From: a virus
Virus record (IMG/VR): IMGVR_UViG_3300045988_119718
Span: 1-64,000 of that record
DNA length: 64,000 nt
Strand: one strand, 5' to 3'
The notes under the pieces are model-generated. The model saw only the letters and a list, made by a program, of their open reading frames with translations, was not told where the DNA came from and ran no database searches. Of the stretch, positions 1-9,688 are shown piece after piece. The translations under genes were made by a program, and so were the position numbers. Numbering within the stretch: position 1 is the first letter of the stretch; each line of letters begins with the position of its first letter.

Positions 1-20
1 TGATTTATACAGAAGAAGAT

Positions 21-464
21 TTGAAACAAGCATATACCATTGGTTATAATGAAGCAGTAGACGATGTAAATGCATATATCGATCAAGACTCTATGGAATT
101 TAGCTTAGATGAATCCTATGATGAAGATTATAGTGCTGTAGAAGATGCTATTATGAATGAAACTAGTTCTGCTAATAAAAGAGCACATACAATGGCTATA
201 ATTAGAAGAAAGCGTGAAATTGATAATAAGTATAAGGATGATCGATATGCTCCTACAGAAAAAGAGATGAATGACAAAGCACATATTAATAATGCAATAA
301 AACGTAGAGAAGATACTAATTCACGACCAAGATATTCGCAATCTAATCTGCATGTTAAAGATACTTTTGACTATCACCCAACTGCAAGGCAAATGGAAAT
401 AAAAAGAAAAATTGATGAAATGAAAGCACGTAAAGCTGGATTAGCAAATAGAGGAAGAAGATAA
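21..464 (+). CDS. hypothetical protein. The frame is open back to the window start, so this may be the C-terminal part of a longer protein.
   Basis: ORF track; no in-frame stop between position 3 and 21; Lys/Arg/Glu-rich C-terminus. Confidence 0.4.
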   Translation: MKQAYTIGYNEAVDDVNAYIDQDSMEFSLDESYDEDYSAVEDAIMNETSSANKRAHTMAIIRRKREIDNKYKDDRYAPTEKEMNDKAHINNAIKRREDTNSRPRYSQSNLHVKDTFDYHPTARQMEIKRKIDEMKARKAGLANRGRR

Positions 465-613
465 TATATTTTTAATTATCTAAACTAGAATAAAAGGAAC
501 TATATAGACTGATTCTTCTAGATAGTTCATACTATGATACAACTTTATCAATATATTCTGGTGATTATATTGAGAATGCTTTAATATTTAAATAAAGATA
601 AAAAAAAATAAAA

Positions 614-644
614 GGTAGGGAATAAATATTCCCTACCTTTTATT
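614..644. terminator. bidirectional intrinsic terminator between convergent genes
   Basis: perfect 10-bp stem GGTAGGGAAT/ATTCCCTACC with a 4-nt loop, A-run upstream and TTTTATT downstream. Confidence 0.7.
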
Positions 645-684
645 ATACTACAAAGTTTAATACTTTATCGGTATTTTTATTTTC

Positions 685-1185
685 TTAATCGAATTTTATA
701 CGCTGGATACATTCATCTAATACATCAATAATGGATGAATACTCAACTAAATCTAGATAATATAATACTTTAGAGAAACAAACTGACGGATTAATACTAT
801 TACTAAATAATAATTGTACCCCTGTCTGTAGGGTTTTACCTCCTTTTAATTCATACCATGGTATAGTATAAACTAAATAATTTGTTAAGTAGAATTTATT
901 ATTGGTAAGAAAGATAACATTAAATGGATTAGAGCATAATCTATTAGCTATATTTGGTAAACTATTATCCCTATAATCAATGGTCATAGATGATAGAATA
1001 GCTTTTTCATTTCCTTCATTTCCTACAATAATGAAATTACCGTCTATTTCTTTTTTATCTAAATAGTCTCTTACAATTAATGCATTCTTAAGCTTCTCAG
1101 CATCTTCCACTGTATAAGTAGTAGATGATTTAAGCTTAGCTATAAGCTCTTCAATAACTACTTTAATATCATCTTTACTAATCAA
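685..1185 (-). CDS. hypothetical protein
   Basis: ORF track, 166 aa; 8-nt overlap with the upstream gene. Confidence 0.5.
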   Translation of the reverse strand: MISKDDIKVVIEELIAKLKSSTTYTVEDAEKLKNALIVRDYLDKKEIDGNFIIVGNEGNEKAILSSMTIDYRDNSLPNIANRLCSNPFNVIFLTNNKFYLTNYLVYTIPWYELKGGKTLQTGVQLLFSNSINPSVCFSKVLYYLDLVEYSSIIDVLDECIQRIKFD

Positions 1186-1654
1186 TTTTTATTCCTCCTG
1201 TTTTCTTTAATAAAAGCATATTAACTATTTCTTTATAATCAGCGGAATCATACCTAGAATCTTTTATTGTATTATAGTGGAACTGCGTTTGTTTACAGTG
1301 TATCATCGCTTGGAACGTAGATAAATAAACTGTGGATAGATATAATAAGCTATTTTTATCTATGCAAATATAAGGACAATAACCCGTTCTTCTTCCATTG
1401 AAGAATACCTCATTTCGATCTATTTTAGCAAGTAAATCATCTGCAATATCAATACTACCATCTTTACCAAATCTATCAATATAATAAATTAGATAATAGG
1501 CATTATCGCATTTTATAACCATATCTTTTATAGCTTTTGTAATTTCTATAGCTTTATTATCATTTGTAATATCCTTATTTAAATAAATATGTATATCGAT
1601 ATGGGTTGATAATTCTTTAGCAACTTTCTCAAGTTCTTTTCTAGTAATAATCAT
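1178..1654 (-). CDS. hypothetical protein
   Basis: ORF track, 158 aa; SD AGGAGG upstream of the start. Confidence 0.5.
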   Translation of the reverse strand: MIITRKELEKVAKELSTHIDIHIYLNKDITNDNKAIEITKAIKDMVIKCDNAYYLIYYIDRFGKDGSIDIADDLLAKIDRNEVFFNGRRTGYCPYICIDKNSLLYLSTVYLSTFQAMIHCKQTQFHYNTIKDSRYDSADYKEIVNMLLLKKTGGIKID

Positions 1655-1682
1655 TTTATATTCCTCCTTATAAAAATAAAAA

Positions 1683-1724
1683 GATGCAATGCTATAGGGC
1701 TTTTACCCTATAGCGATAGCATCT
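1683..1724 (-). terminator. intrinsic terminator for the minus-strand gene 1756..2298 (coordinates approximate)
   Basis: imperfect hairpin CTATAGGGC-TTTT-ACCCTATAG with outer GATGC/GCATC pairing; A-rich run on plus, which is a T-run on the minus transcript. Confidence 0.55.
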
Positions 1725-1755
1725 TATTTACTAGTATTAGAAATTACTCATACTC

Positions 1756-2298
1756 TTAAAAAGAAGGTCTATTTAATACACCTTCAGTATCTTTAATTGT
1801 ATCTTCAATAAATCTGCGAATAGCAGTATCATAAGACCCAAGTTTACCTTCTTTGTCTTTATCTGCATACAAACTGAAGAAAAATGGAAGACCCATATTA
1901 TCCATATTAGAAAAAATTACTTCAACGCTATCAGTAGAATGCAATGCTAAATGTATATCTATATTTACTTTAGTCATGTATAATGGAGACCTTTCGTCTA
2001 ATATGATAAATGGATAATAGTTATGCTGGTATAAATACGGCTTACCTTCAATAGTATCCGCATAATCAGTCATAATGAATTCTTTATCTATCATATGGTT
2101 AATGTAATACGGTTCTTCGATTCTATCAACCTTATTTACTACCATATATTTGTAAATTTCCATTGCAGTTGCAAACTGTTTAGCTTTAAAAGATACATAT
2201 GCAATATGGTCTAGATCTTTGTTAAGATAATGAAAAACTTCATTAGGATCCAGTTTAAAACCTGTAATAAAATCCCTAACTTCTTCAATAGTAGTCAT
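1756..2298 (-). CDS. hypothetical protein. Start moved to the internal Met (MTTIEEV) that has a strong SD.
   Basis: AAGGAGGAAATTATT-ATG immediately upstream of 2298; the ORF track start at 2337 has no RBS. Confidence 0.5.
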   Translation of the reverse strand: MTTIEEVRDFITGFKLDPNEVFHYLNKDLDHIAYVSFKAKQFATAMEIYKYMVVNKVDRIEEPYYINHMIDKEFIMTDYADTIEGKPYLYQHNYYPFIILDERSPLYMTKVNIDIHLALHSTDSVEVIFSNMDNMGLPFFFSLYADKDKEGKLGSYDTAIRRFIEDTIKDTEGVLNRPSF

Positions 2299-2326
2299 AA
2301 TAATTTCCTCCTTATAAAAATAAAAA

Positions 2327-2350
2327 TGGGTAAGCAATATTGCTTACCCA
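2327..2350 (-). terminator. intrinsic terminator
   Basis: hairpin TGGGTAAGCAATATTGCTTACCCA preceded on plus by AAAAATAAAAA. Confidence 0.6.
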
Positions 2351-2356
2351 TCATAA

Positions 2357-2827
2357 CTAGCCCATTGCTTCTTTAAATTCTAAGGCCTGCTTTTTTAAAG
2401 CCTTCGTAATCATATACTGGAAGATATATTTGATATACATTCTGTAAATACAAAGTGGTACAAACTTCCAATTACTATTTGCATAATGCAAATCCAATTC
2501 TGATTTAAGACTCTTATCATAAAGATATTGTGTATATGAAACAAATTTTTCATACACATCTTTATCCATAATGAGCTTTTTGTATGCCGAAGAGTACAGT
2601 TCATTCATTTTCGTATATACGAATGCTCTATAAGAAATTCGCTTTGCGAGTGGCATTCTCGTCAATTTAGTATTGATAAGAAAATTATTTAATTTCCCTA
2701 ATTCAATAGCGAAATCACTATTCGCATTGAAAGCATTAATACTCTCTTTGCAGTGGAGAACATTGATGCTATGGAGCCTATAAAGTTCTAATACATCCGT
2801 TACAATTTTTTTGTTACAATTACTCAT
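2357..2827 (-). CDS. hypothetical protein
   Basis: ORF track, 156 aa. Confidence 0.5.
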   Translation of the reverse strand: MSNCNKKIVTDVLELYRLHSINVLHCKESINAFNANSDFAIELGKLNNFLINTKLTRMPLAKRISYRAFVYTKMNELYSSAYKKLIMDKDVYEKFVSYTQYLYDKSLKSELDLHYANSNWKFVPLCIYRMYIKYIFQYMITKALKKQALEFKEAMG

Positions 2828-2949
2828 AATATTTCCTCCTTAAATATAATCTGCATATAGCAGGATAACTTGCTATCCATTATAATAGTATATAATTGAA
2901 ATTCTTGATAAAAAACAATATTATAAGTTTACAAGAAAGGAGAGTAATT

Positions 2950-3690
2950 ATGGATAATAATACTATGCCTCCTTTTCTAAAAAGAAAAGGAGATGTTATT
3001 CTCTATAATGGTGAAGGAGAGTTTATTTTCTATATTCCTGAAATATTTTTCGATCAACAGATTGCATATTTTGAAGGGGAATATATCTCTACTTTAGGCA
3101 TTATGGATTATACTACTAAGATTAATAATAAGCTATCAGGACTTCATACTTTTAATTACCCTACTAGGTTTAGTACTAAACCATATAAAGTAGAAAAGAT
3201 AACTGATGTTAAACTTATTAAAGAATCAGAACCTGATGATTATAGAGTATTATATTATAAGAAAGATGACCCTATTATAGTAGATATTAAAGTACCACAA
3301 GATATTGATAACTCTGAAGCATTGATTAAGTTATTTATAAAGAATGGTCATATACCTAATACTATTCCATATGATAAGATACAAGAATATTTTGTATCAA
3401 ATTATTTGTATAATGGTAATAAGTATTCATTCTCTTTACAGCTATTTGGTATTATTATATCAGAACTTTGTAGATCTAAGAAAGATATTAAAGTTCCATT
3501 TAGATTATCTAAAGATAATGATATGAAAAACTATAAACCTATTTCGGTTAAATACATTCCTAAGCTTATTAGTGCTTATACATCTCTTACATCTGAAAAT
3601 ATTGATGAGTCTATTGTGTTTGCATCATTAAATAATAATAAGGTTCAGATTCCTCTTGAAAGAGTTTTGACAGGAGAGAATATTGTTTAA
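2950..3690 (+). CDS. hypothetical protein. Start at the ATG that has an SD.
   Basis: AAAGGAGAGTAATT-ATG at 2936-2952; 246 aa. Confidence 0.5.
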   Translation: MDNNTMPPFLKRKGDVILYNGEGEFIFYIPEIFFDQQIAYFEGEYISTLGIMDYTTKINNKLSGLHTFNYPTRFSTKPYKVEKITDVKLIKESEPDDYRVLYYKKDDPIIVDIKVPQDIDNSEALIKLFIKNGHIPNTIPYDKIQEYFVSNYLYNGNKYSFSLQLFGIIISELCRSKKDIKVPFRLSKDNDMKNYKPISVKYIPKLISAYTSLTSENIDESIVFASLNNNKVQIPLERVLTGENIV

Positions 3691-3782
3691 GAGGTGCTGG
3701 GCTTAACATATGATTAAAAGTTGCCTTAACTAATGAAGGTAGTTTTTAATAAAGACAGTAATATATAAAAGGAGGATATATA

Positions 3783-5954
3783 ATGGCAGCTCCAGATACT
3801 AAATTTATCTTTGATGACCAAACAGATATCAATCCTAATATAGGATTTGATAGTGATAATACCAATAGAGCAACATTCATGACTGTTTTTTCATCTGATA
3901 AAGGTCCAGAAACTTTACAAAAGAATTTATCTGGTAATGATTTTTTCGCCCTTTATGGTGACAACCCTAATTTCTTTAAACATGGTCAGCCTTTACTTCA
4001 GGCAGCTAAAATTGCTAATGCTGGCGGTTTACAATACTGCAAACGTGTTGTAGCTAAAGACTCTAAATTAGCTAATCTTGGTTTATTCGCTGTTGTTAGT
4101 GAAGATACTGTACAACAGACCGATTCTAAAGGTAGACCATTGTATTACACTACTAAAGAAGTAGAAGGCTATTGGAAGAAAGTTACTACTTCTTCTGATG
4201 TAAACTACACTCAAGGTAATAAATATTCTAAAGGTTCTATAGTAAAATACAATTCTCAGTATTATCAGGCATTAGTAGATGTAGATACTTCTAAAGAAGA
4301 ACAGAGAATTGATGCTACCTATAAAGATGTAACTACTATTAAACCGTCTACTGGTTCTGATCTTAATGATTTCCCAACAGTAAAAGCAGCTAAGATTAAG
4401 TATAAATTAGTTCCTCTTACTGATAGCCTTCAGACTAATAATACTAGTGATATTGGTTCTGTCATTGCTAAAGTTGAAAACTTTATGTATCTGAATAAGG
4501 ATAGCATTGTTCCCGTATCTAAAGGTGAAACAAGTTATTTGCTTTTAACCTTTACTGATACAGGTCGTGGTGTTTCTACTAAGAAGCTTAGATTCACTGC
4601 TGATACTACCACTAGAAGACCAGTATCTTATGTAAAGTATAAAGTAGAAGTTATGGAAAATAATTCTACTATTGAAACTCATTATGCTACATTTAATCCA
4701 TACATTGTAGAATCTTCTGATGGTACTATCGGTAACGCAAAAAATAAATCTTTTGATCAGGTAATTAATGGTAATTCTTCATACATTCGTTGTAAGTTCT
4801 ATGAAAGTGAATATAATGCTTTTGTAGATAAGGTTTCTTCTATTTCTTCTATTTCTAAAGATGAAATCTCGCATTGCGATATTCTCTTTAGCTATGATAG
4901 ATTTGGTAAGCCGATTAATACCATTGAAATTGATAAAAACTCTGATTCGTTAGATGCTATTAATGGCAATATTCTTCAGAATGGTTCTAATGGATCATTT
5001 GGTGAATACCCAATCACTTTACAGCCAAGAGTAGATGATGATGGTGCTACAACTGGGTTATCTCTCTATTATGAAGAAGTATTAGAAATATTCAATGGTA
5101 CATATTCTGATGACATCTATGATTTAGATAATACCAGAATTGATGTAATCTTTGATGCTAATTATCCTAAAGAAATTAAAGATGCTATTGCAAACTTAGT
5201 AAACTTTAGAGAAGACTGCTTCTATTTCAGAGATCTTGGGTTAAATCTTAATTCTATTCAAGAAATTGAATTAGCAGCAGAACAGTATTCCGATCATAAG
5301 TCTAAATTTATCGCAGACTATGCTAATAGTTTCTATGTTGAAGAACCTTACTATCGTAAACAAGTACAAGTTACTGTACCGTATTTACTTGTAGATAAGT
5401 TCGCTAAGCATTATATCAATGGTGTAAGTCGTCCATTCTGCGGTCAGAGATTTGGTATTACCTTTACTAATGAAATTATCGATGGTACTATTAACTTTAC
5501 TCCAAAGAGAACACCAAAGACTGATTCTAACATTCTTACCTATGACCAGAAGCAGTGGTTTGATGATAATAGAATCAACTATATCGCTTATTATGATGGT
5601 ATTCCGACCATGGATATTGAATATACCTCTCAGGAAAGATATACTCAGTTATCATGGCTTCATAATGTACTTCTTATCCAAGCTATGATGCATGATATTC
5701 GTAGGCAGTGTCCAAAGAGTAGATATGCATTTATTTATGATCAGGATTATGAATCATATAAAGCTGATATTGAAAAAGTAATTAATAATTATAATGGGTA
5801 CTTTAAGTCCATTAGTATCGAATTTGTAAAAGACGATCAGTATGAACTTAATAAGATCTTCTATGCAGTTATCAAAGTTAGCTTCAAAGACTTCATTCAG
5901 TCTGAAATCTTCAAGCTTACAATGATTAATTCGACTAGTAATGTAAGTAAGTAA
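3783..5954 (+). CDS. large virion-type protein (723 aa). Tail sheath or another major structural protein is possible from its size and the ~280-aa gene that follows, but this is not proven.
   Basis: strong SD AAAGGAGGATATATA-ATG; size and gene order (~720 aa followed by 283 aa) resemble sheath plus tube of large myoviruses; no diagnostic motif recognised. Confidence 0.3.
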   Translation: MAAPDTKFIFDDQTDINPNIGFDSDNTNRATFMTVFSSDKGPETLQKNLSGNDFFALYGDNPNFFKHGQPLLQAAKIANAGGLQYCKRVVAKDSKLANLGLFAVVSEDTVQQTDSKGRPLYYTTKEVEGYWKKVTTSSDVNYTQGNKYSKGSIVKYNSQYYQALVDVDTSKEEQRIDATYKDVTTIKPSTGSDLNDFPTVKAAKIKYKLVPLTDSLQTNNTSDIGSVIAKVENFMYLNKDSIVPVSKGETSYLLLTFTDTGRGVSTKKLRFTADTTTRRPVSYVKYKVEVMENNSTIETHYATFNPYIVESSDGTIGNAKNKSFDQVINGNSSYIRCKFYESEYNAFVDKVSSISSISKDEISHCDILFSYDRFGKPINTIEIDKNSDSLDAINGNILQNGSNGSFGEYPITLQPRVDDDGATTGLSLYYEEVLEIFNGTYSDDIYDLDNTRIDVIFDANYPKEIKDAIANLVNFREDCFYFRDLGLNLNSIQEIELAAEQYSDHKSKFIADYANSFYVEEPYYRKQVQVTVPYLLVDKFAKHYINGVSRPFCGQRFGITFTNEIIDGTINFTPKRTPKTDSNILTYDQKQWFDDNRINYIAYYDGIPTMDIEYTSQERYTQLSWLHNVLLIQAMMHDIRRQCPKSRYAFIYDQDYESYKADIEKVINNYNGYFKSISIEFVKDDQYELNKIFYAVIKVSFKDFIQSEIFKLTMINSTSNVSK

Positions 5955-5976
5955 TTAGAAAGGAGAAATAAATAGT

Positions 5977-6828
5977 ATGGCAGTTCATAATATTTATGAA
6001 GGTATGAAAGCTCCTAAAGACATTACTAGATATATGTTATCTAGAGGTGTTGTAGACTATTCTGACCTTTATCAGTTTGATAACTATGAAACAGGCTACA
6101 GTTTCTTAATTGTATTAAAGATTCCTGAATTTTTATCCAAACTTAAAGATTCTAACGATACATATAAAACTTTAATCAACGACTATACTCATATTCTTGA
6201 ATATGATTTCAAAGGATTAGATGGTCTTGATGATTTAACTATCGATACTAACTCTCTTAGTGATGGTATTAATGAAATTAATATTATTACTAAGACCAAT
6301 GAACAATCAGCTGGTTCATTTACTATGAGATTCTATGAACGTTCTGGTTCTATTATCACTAAAGTAAATGAATTATTTATTCGTGGTATTAAAGACCCAC
6401 GTACACAAGTTAAGAGATACAATGGATTAATTGATCCAATTAATAAATCTACTAGTGTAATTCAAGCTGGTTATGAAAACGAAACATTTGAATTCCTTTA
6501 TGGCGTATGTGATAATACTATGTCTAACATTGAAAAGGCATATCTTCTTGTTGCATGTCAGCCAACTTCTGCTGAAATGTCTATGTACAATTCTCAGAAG
6601 GGTGAAATTCAGTGGAGAGAACTTAACTATGCATTCAATGGTTATCCAATTACTGGTTCAGCTGTAACCAAGAGAGCACAAGAGTTCTTGGATTGGATTA
6701 ATAGTAGAACTGTATTTGAAGAATCTAGATTCGGTTATAAGTCTCTTAATAATATTCAATCCCCAAGTGAAAAGTCTACCAATCAGCCGACTTCTGCACT
6801 TGCTGATGGATATAACACTTTCTATTAA
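5977..6828 (+). CDS. hypothetical protein (283 aa); possible tail tube, from position only
   Basis: tightly follows the 723-aa gene; SD GAAAGGAGAAATAAATAGT-ATG. Confidence 0.25.
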   Translation: MAVHNIYEGMKAPKDITRYMLSRGVVDYSDLYQFDNYETGYSFLIVLKIPEFLSKLKDSNDTYKTLINDYTHILEYDFKGLDGLDDLTIDTNSLSDGINEINIITKTNEQSAGSFTMRFYERSGSIITKVNELFIRGIKDPRTQVKRYNGLIDPINKSTSVIQAGYENETFEFLYGVCDNTMSNIEKAYLLVACQPTSAEMSMYNSQKGEIQWRELNYAFNGYPITGSAVTKRAQEFLDWINSRTVFEESRFGYKSLNNIQSPSEKSTNQPTSALADGYNTFY

Positions 6829-6830
6829 TC

Positions 6831-6880
6831 AAAAAAAAAATAAATATATCAGTGTGGTATATACCACACTGATATATTTT
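6831..6880. repeat. conserved terminator/repeat element, copy A; homologous to the element at 9426-9482
   Basis: A10 run, then a perfect 30-bp palindrome ATATCAGTGTGGTATATACCACACTGATAT (6846-6875), then ATTTTATTCTCAT. Confidence 0.8.
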
Positions 6881-6891
6881 ATTCTCATGTA

Positions 6892-7547
6892 TTACTCATT
6901 AACTACTGTGTACTGAGAAGAAGACAATCCAGTCTTACTTTCAAAGTCAGCAGGAGGATTCTTAATCTTAACACCAGAAAGTTTAGTGCAATTATTAAAC
7001 ATATCCTTGAAATCATTGCAGGACTTCATATCGATTACACCTTTAATAGTAGTAAGATTAGAGCAGTTATTGAACATCCTCCACATCGTAATTACATTAG
7101 AGGTATCAAAATTGGATAAATCTAATGAAGTAAGTTTAGAGCATTCATTGAACATTACAAGCATTTCAGTTACATTAGAAGTATTGAAACTAGATAAATC
7201 TAGTGAAGTAAGAGAAGAGCATCCATAGAACATAAGAGACATATCTCTTACATTAGAAGTATTAAGGTTAGATACATCGAGTGAAGTAAGATTATGACAG
7301 TCCTGAAACATAGAATGCATATCGGTTGCTTTAGAAGTATCAAAGGTGGATAAATCTAATGAAATAAGATCAGAGCAGTCTTCAAACATCCATCTCATAT
7401 CAGTTACGTCTTTACATGTAACCTGATCAATTACAAATTTATCTGCTTTAGCGACTTTATCTTTTCTTTCCAGATATTATTATACCATGGGTTAGAAAGC
7501 TTATCACTTTTAGCTACAAATACCTGAGATTTAGACATAATTACTTC
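6892..7547 (-). pseudogene. decayed BspA-type LRR family paralog. The conserved N-terminal module (MSKSQVFVAKS..) sits in a short ORF at 7440-7547, out of frame with the LRR body (6892-7398, 168 aa).
   Basis: GGAGGAAGTAATT-ATG at 7547 gives MSKSQVFVAKSDKLSNPWYNN.., which stops after 35 codons; the LRR body is in another frame and lacks the ES-SGQATVT segment; the C-terminal module IKGVIDMKSC..GVKIKNPP..SQYTVV is intact. Confidence 0.55.
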
Positions 7548-7565
7548 CTCCTTTTTTAATATACT

Positions 7566-8651
7566 TTAAGATACCACTGTGTACTGAGATTTAGATAATC
7601 CGCTGATAGCTTCAAAATCCGATGGTGGATTCTTGATCTTAACACCAGAAAGATTAGAGCAATTCTTAAACATATTGAAGCAATCTTCACAAGATTTCAT
7701 ATCAATTACACCTTTAATAGTAGTAAGTTTCTCGCAATCACAGAACATCAAAGCCATACCAACTGCATTAGAAGTATCAAAGCTGGATAAATCTAACGTA
7801 GTAAGACTACGGCAACCAGCAAACATCCAATCTATAAAAATCGCATTAGAAGTATTAAAGCTAGATAAGTCTACTGAAGTGAGATTAGAGCAACCATTGA
7901 ACATAGAGTTCATACCAGTTACATTAGAAGTATCAAAGGTTGATAAATCTAATGTAGTAAGACAATAGCAGTCATGGAACATGGCGTTCATATTAGTTAC
8001 ATTGGACGTATCGAAACTGGATAAATCCAATCTAACAAGACGATCACAATTACCGAACATGCTACACATAGTCTCTACTTTAGAAGTATCAAAGTTGGAC
8101 ACATCTAATGAAGCAAGTCCATAACAATTATTGAACATACCACTCATATCCTGTACATTAGATGTATTAAACTCAGATAAATCTAATGTAATAAGACTAA
8201 AACAACTATCAAACATAAAACTCATATTCTTTACTTTAGATGTATTAAAACTGGATAAATCTAATTTAGCAAGACTAATGCAGTAATAGAACATTTTGCT
8301 CATATTAATTACATTAGAAGTAATAAAACTAGCAGGTATGTTCAATGTAGTAAGTTTATCACAATTAGCAAACATTTCACCCATATCTTCTACATTAGGT
8401 GTATAAAAACTGGATAAATCTAATTCAGTAAGATTATTGCACCATAAGAACATACCGTTCATATCTTTTACTTTAGATGTATCGAAATTCGATGATACAT
8501 CCAGTGAAGTAAGTTCATGACAATTATTGAACATCTGCCTCATACTAGTCATACCTTTATGATATTCTGGGATAAACCCTTTATGAAGAATCATCTGAGG
8601 TTTAGACATAATATAATTAACATCGAAATCATAATTGAGATTTTTAGGCAT
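7566..8651 (-). CDS. BspA-type leucine-rich-repeat protein, about 15 tandem repeats of 22-23 aa (LxSLDLSxFDTSNVxxMxxMF)
   Basis: AAGGAGAAGTAATT-ATG at 8651 (MPKNLNY..); repeat consensus visible along the whole protein; shared C-terminal module. Confidence 0.8.
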   Translation of the reverse strand: MPKNLNYDFDVNYIMSKPQMILHKGFIPEYHKGMTSMRQMFNNCHELTSLDVSSNFDTSKVKDMNGMFLWCNNLTELDLSSFYTPNVEDMGEMFANCDKLTTLNIPASFITSNVINMSKMFYYCISLAKLDLSSFNTSKVKNMSFMFDSCFSLITLDLSEFNTSNVQDMSGMFNNCYGLASLDVSNFDTSKVETMCSMFGNCDRLVRLDLSSFDTSNVTNMNAMFHDCYCLTTLDLSTFDTSNVTGMNSMFNGCSNLTSVDLSSFNTSNAIFIDWMFAGCRSLTTLDLSSFDTSNAVGMALMFCDCEKLTTIKGVIDMKSCEDCFNMFKNCSNLSGVKIKNPPSDFEAISGLSKSQYTVVS

Positions 8652-8681
8652 AATTACTTCTCCTTTTACCAAAAATATACT

Positions 8682-9323
8682 TTAAGATACTACTGTATAT
8701 TGCGATTTAGAAAGCCCACTAGCACTTTCAAAGTTAGTAGGAGGGTTCTTAATCTTAACACCTTTAAGGCTAGAGCAATCCCTGAACATATTCGTACAAT
8801 ATGTACAAGACTTCATATCGATAATACCTTTAATAGTAGCGAGGTTAGAACAGTTATAGAACATAGAATCCATATCAGTTACATTAGAAGTATCAAAGTT
8901 TGATAAGTCTAATTCTGCAAGATTCGTGCAATAAAAGAACATATGGCTCATATCAGTTACATTAGATGTATCAAAATCAGATAGATCCAGTGTAGTAAGG
9001 TTTCCACAATTAGCAAACATAGAGTCCATATCCTCTACTTCAGAAGTATCAAAATTCGATACATTCAATTCGGTAAGAGAGCAACAATAATAGAACAAAG
9101 CAGTCATATCTTCTACATTAGATGTATCAAAATTGGATAAATCTAATGTAGTGAGTTTATGGCAGCTATAGAACATAAAAGGCATATCAGTTAGAGCTTT
9201 ATTATAGGTAACTGTAGCTTGACCTGATACTGATTCATCTATATTAGCATGGTGCATATATATCCATGATGGATAAAACCATGGACTAAAACCTTTAGCT
9301 ACAAATACTTATTTTTTAGACAT
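8682..9323 (-). pseudogene. BspA-type LRR paralog whose conserved N-terminal module is interrupted by an in-frame TAA (MSKK*VFVAKGFSPWFY..). Alternatively expressed from Met at 9257 as an N-truncated 191-aa protein.
   Basis: ATG at 9323 and TAA at 9309-9311 are in the same frame as ORF 8682..9257; the paralogs read MSKSQVF / MSKEQVY / MSKPQM at the equivalent position. Confidence 0.55.
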
Positions 9324-9425
9324 AATAATTTCCCCTTTCTATAAATAAAAACTATTAATACGAGTATGTATATTACTCATATTAATAATATATAAGTAAT
9401 ATCGTATTTACTTATAATCCCTTCT

Positions 9426-9482
9426 ATTAAGTAAAAAAAAATAAAATATGTTAGTGTGGTATATACCACACTAACATATTTT
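9426..9482. repeat. conserved terminator/repeat element, copy B (30-bp perfect palindrome ATGTTAGTGTGGTATATACCACACTAACAT at 9448-9477)
   Basis: same A-run, 20-bp core AGTGTGGTATATACCACACT and ATTTTATCTCAT flank as copy A. Confidence 0.8.
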
Positions 9483-9688
9483 ATCTCATACATCCCATAA
9501 ATTGAATTAAATCTCGCTATCATATTGTCGTCTTAAACTTAAATGCTTAGCACCAGAATTGTATCCTCCATTGGAATCATCCTCCTTCCCCAGTAATAAC
9601 TGTAATAGATTATTATTAATTAAGATTATACAAGTATAAATATATATTTATACTCATACTAATAATATACAACTATTATTTTAAATAA

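Noticed and set aside
6986-7228. Plus-strand ORFs antisense to the LRR genes (6986-7228, 7633-7968, 38536-38892, 37750-38060)
   Set aside because: Antisense translation of LRR repeats is stop-poor and yields repetitive pseudo-proteins; no RBS; the minus-strand genes explain the region.
6892-9257. Periodic 66-69-nt repeats that could be mistaken for a CRISPR array or satellite
   Set aside because: They are in-frame coding repeats of the LRR unit (LxSLDLSxFDTSNVxxM) with variable sequence and no repeat-spacer alternation.
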